A DNA stretch of 62,923 nt, counting the filler. It is 4 parts of 4 records of this genome, joined end to end, with 100 filler letters (N's around TTAATTAATTAA, not from the genome) between each part and the next. Parts side by side here need not be neighbours in the genome. Positions count along the whole stretch, not along the records: positions 56,250 to 62,923 come from SRR20825010_3676; 3 more parts are not named here. The stretch is one strand, 5' to 3'. A model generated the notes under the pieces. The model saw nothing but the letters and a program-made list of their open reading frames with translations, searched no databases and was not told the DNA's origin. This document shows, piece by piece, positions 62,258-62,923 of the stretch. How positions within the stretch are numbered: the stretch's first letter is position 1; each line of letters begins with the position of its first letter. The translations under genes were made by a program, and so were the position numbers.

Positions 62258-62923
62258 TCACCGGGCAACGGATATCTTATTCGGATAACTCTCTGCCTTG
62301 ATTTCCACCGTCATCCCCTCGCGTGCAACGAAGGCGTTTGGCCAAGCTTTGTAGGCGTCCTTCGCGACCTGATCCATAAAGTTATCATCATGGGACGGAT
62401 CATGATGGAATATCGCCAGCTGTCCGACATGCGCCGCCTTACATAACCGCACACCCTCCTGCCAGGTCGAATGCCCCCAGCCTTTGAACGTCGGATATTC
62501 CTCATCTGTATATGTGGAGTCATAAATAACCAGATCCGCGCCTTCGATAAGATCGAGGATATCCTGATCAGGGTGAGCGATAACATGCTCCGTATCGGTA
62601 ATGTAGCAAATCGACTTGTCTTCAAACTCAATCCGGTACCCAGTGCCGCCATCCGGATGCTTCATCGGCGCGGTCCGGACAAAGATACCATCGCCGAGCG
62701 AAAATGAATCCCCCGCCTTAAAATCGTGAAAACTCAGATTGGCGGCAAGCTCCGCAAAGGGAACGGGAAATGTCGGCTGGCACATTTGTGAGGAAAGAAC
62801 CTTCTTTATACCGCCCAGCTCGCCTAGATGCCCGGCCATAACCTCAATTCTAACGTCGCCGCGATATATCGGGCTGAAAAAGGGAAAACCGTTGATATGG
62901 TCCCAATGGGTATGGGATTGCAG
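62258..62923 (-). CDS. MBL-fold metallohydrolase (5' end beyond the window)
   Basis: Frame stays open to the edge: SHTHWDHINGFPFF, HPDG, YITDTE, WGHST, FHHDP. Confidence 0.9.
   Translation of the reverse strand: MQSHTHWDHINGFPFFSPIYRGDVRIEVMAGHLGELGGIKKVLSSQMCQPTFPVPFAELAANLSFHDFKAGDSFSLGDGIFVRTAPMKHPDGGTGYRIEFEDKSICYITDTEHVIAHPDQDILDLIEGADLVIYDSTYTDEEYPTFKGWGHSTWQEGVRLCKAAHVGQLAIFHHDPSHDDNFMDQVAKDAYKAWPNAFVAREGMTVEIKAESYPNKISVAR

Overview
The window is four unlinked contig pieces joined by three artificial 100-nt spacers (N44-TTAATTAATTAA-N44 at 11448-11547, 29166-29265, 56150-56249), and the pieces come from at least two bacterial classes. Piece A (1-11447) is alphaproteobacterial: DASS transporter, DUF885-like protein, two tandem hybrid histidine kinases, ffh-rpsP-rimM-trmD-rplS and the start of leuC. 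Piece B (11548-29165) is also alphaproteobacterial (Kordiimonadales/Sphingomonadales-like by my reading): dnaE end, Nudix, rpsB-tsf-pyrH-frr-uppS-cdsA-dxr-rseP-bamA-skp-fabZ, an AraC regulator plus TonB-dependent receptor, and the end of gltA. Piece C (29266-56149) is gammaproteobacterial (Marinobacter-like): acnB, miaE, finR/fpr, an accessory block at 34.1-43.7 kb, aapJQMP, lpxH, ppiB, glnS, cysS, glcB, folD and a partial tRNA-Pro. Piece D (56250-62923) carries a MoxR/VWA pair, small transporters, regulators and hydrolases. Best leads: (1) lpxD and lpxA-lpxI-lpxB are missing from the piece B envelope cluster, with an AraC/TonB-receptor pair in their place, which may indicate a lipid-A-less outer membrane; (2) the same organism's BamA has a barrel insertion with two EF-hand-like loops; (3) a DUF1326/DUF2182 Cys/Met-rich pair sits divergent from an NTPase-GNAT-like-wHTH regulator with 11-bp-phased repeats between them; (4) an LtaS/OpgB-like transferase is paired with a membrane glycerophosphodiesterase next to a lysozyme-like lipoprotein. 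I saw no CRISPR array, rRNA, transposase or integrase. Taxonomy and family names come from motif recognition, not database searches.
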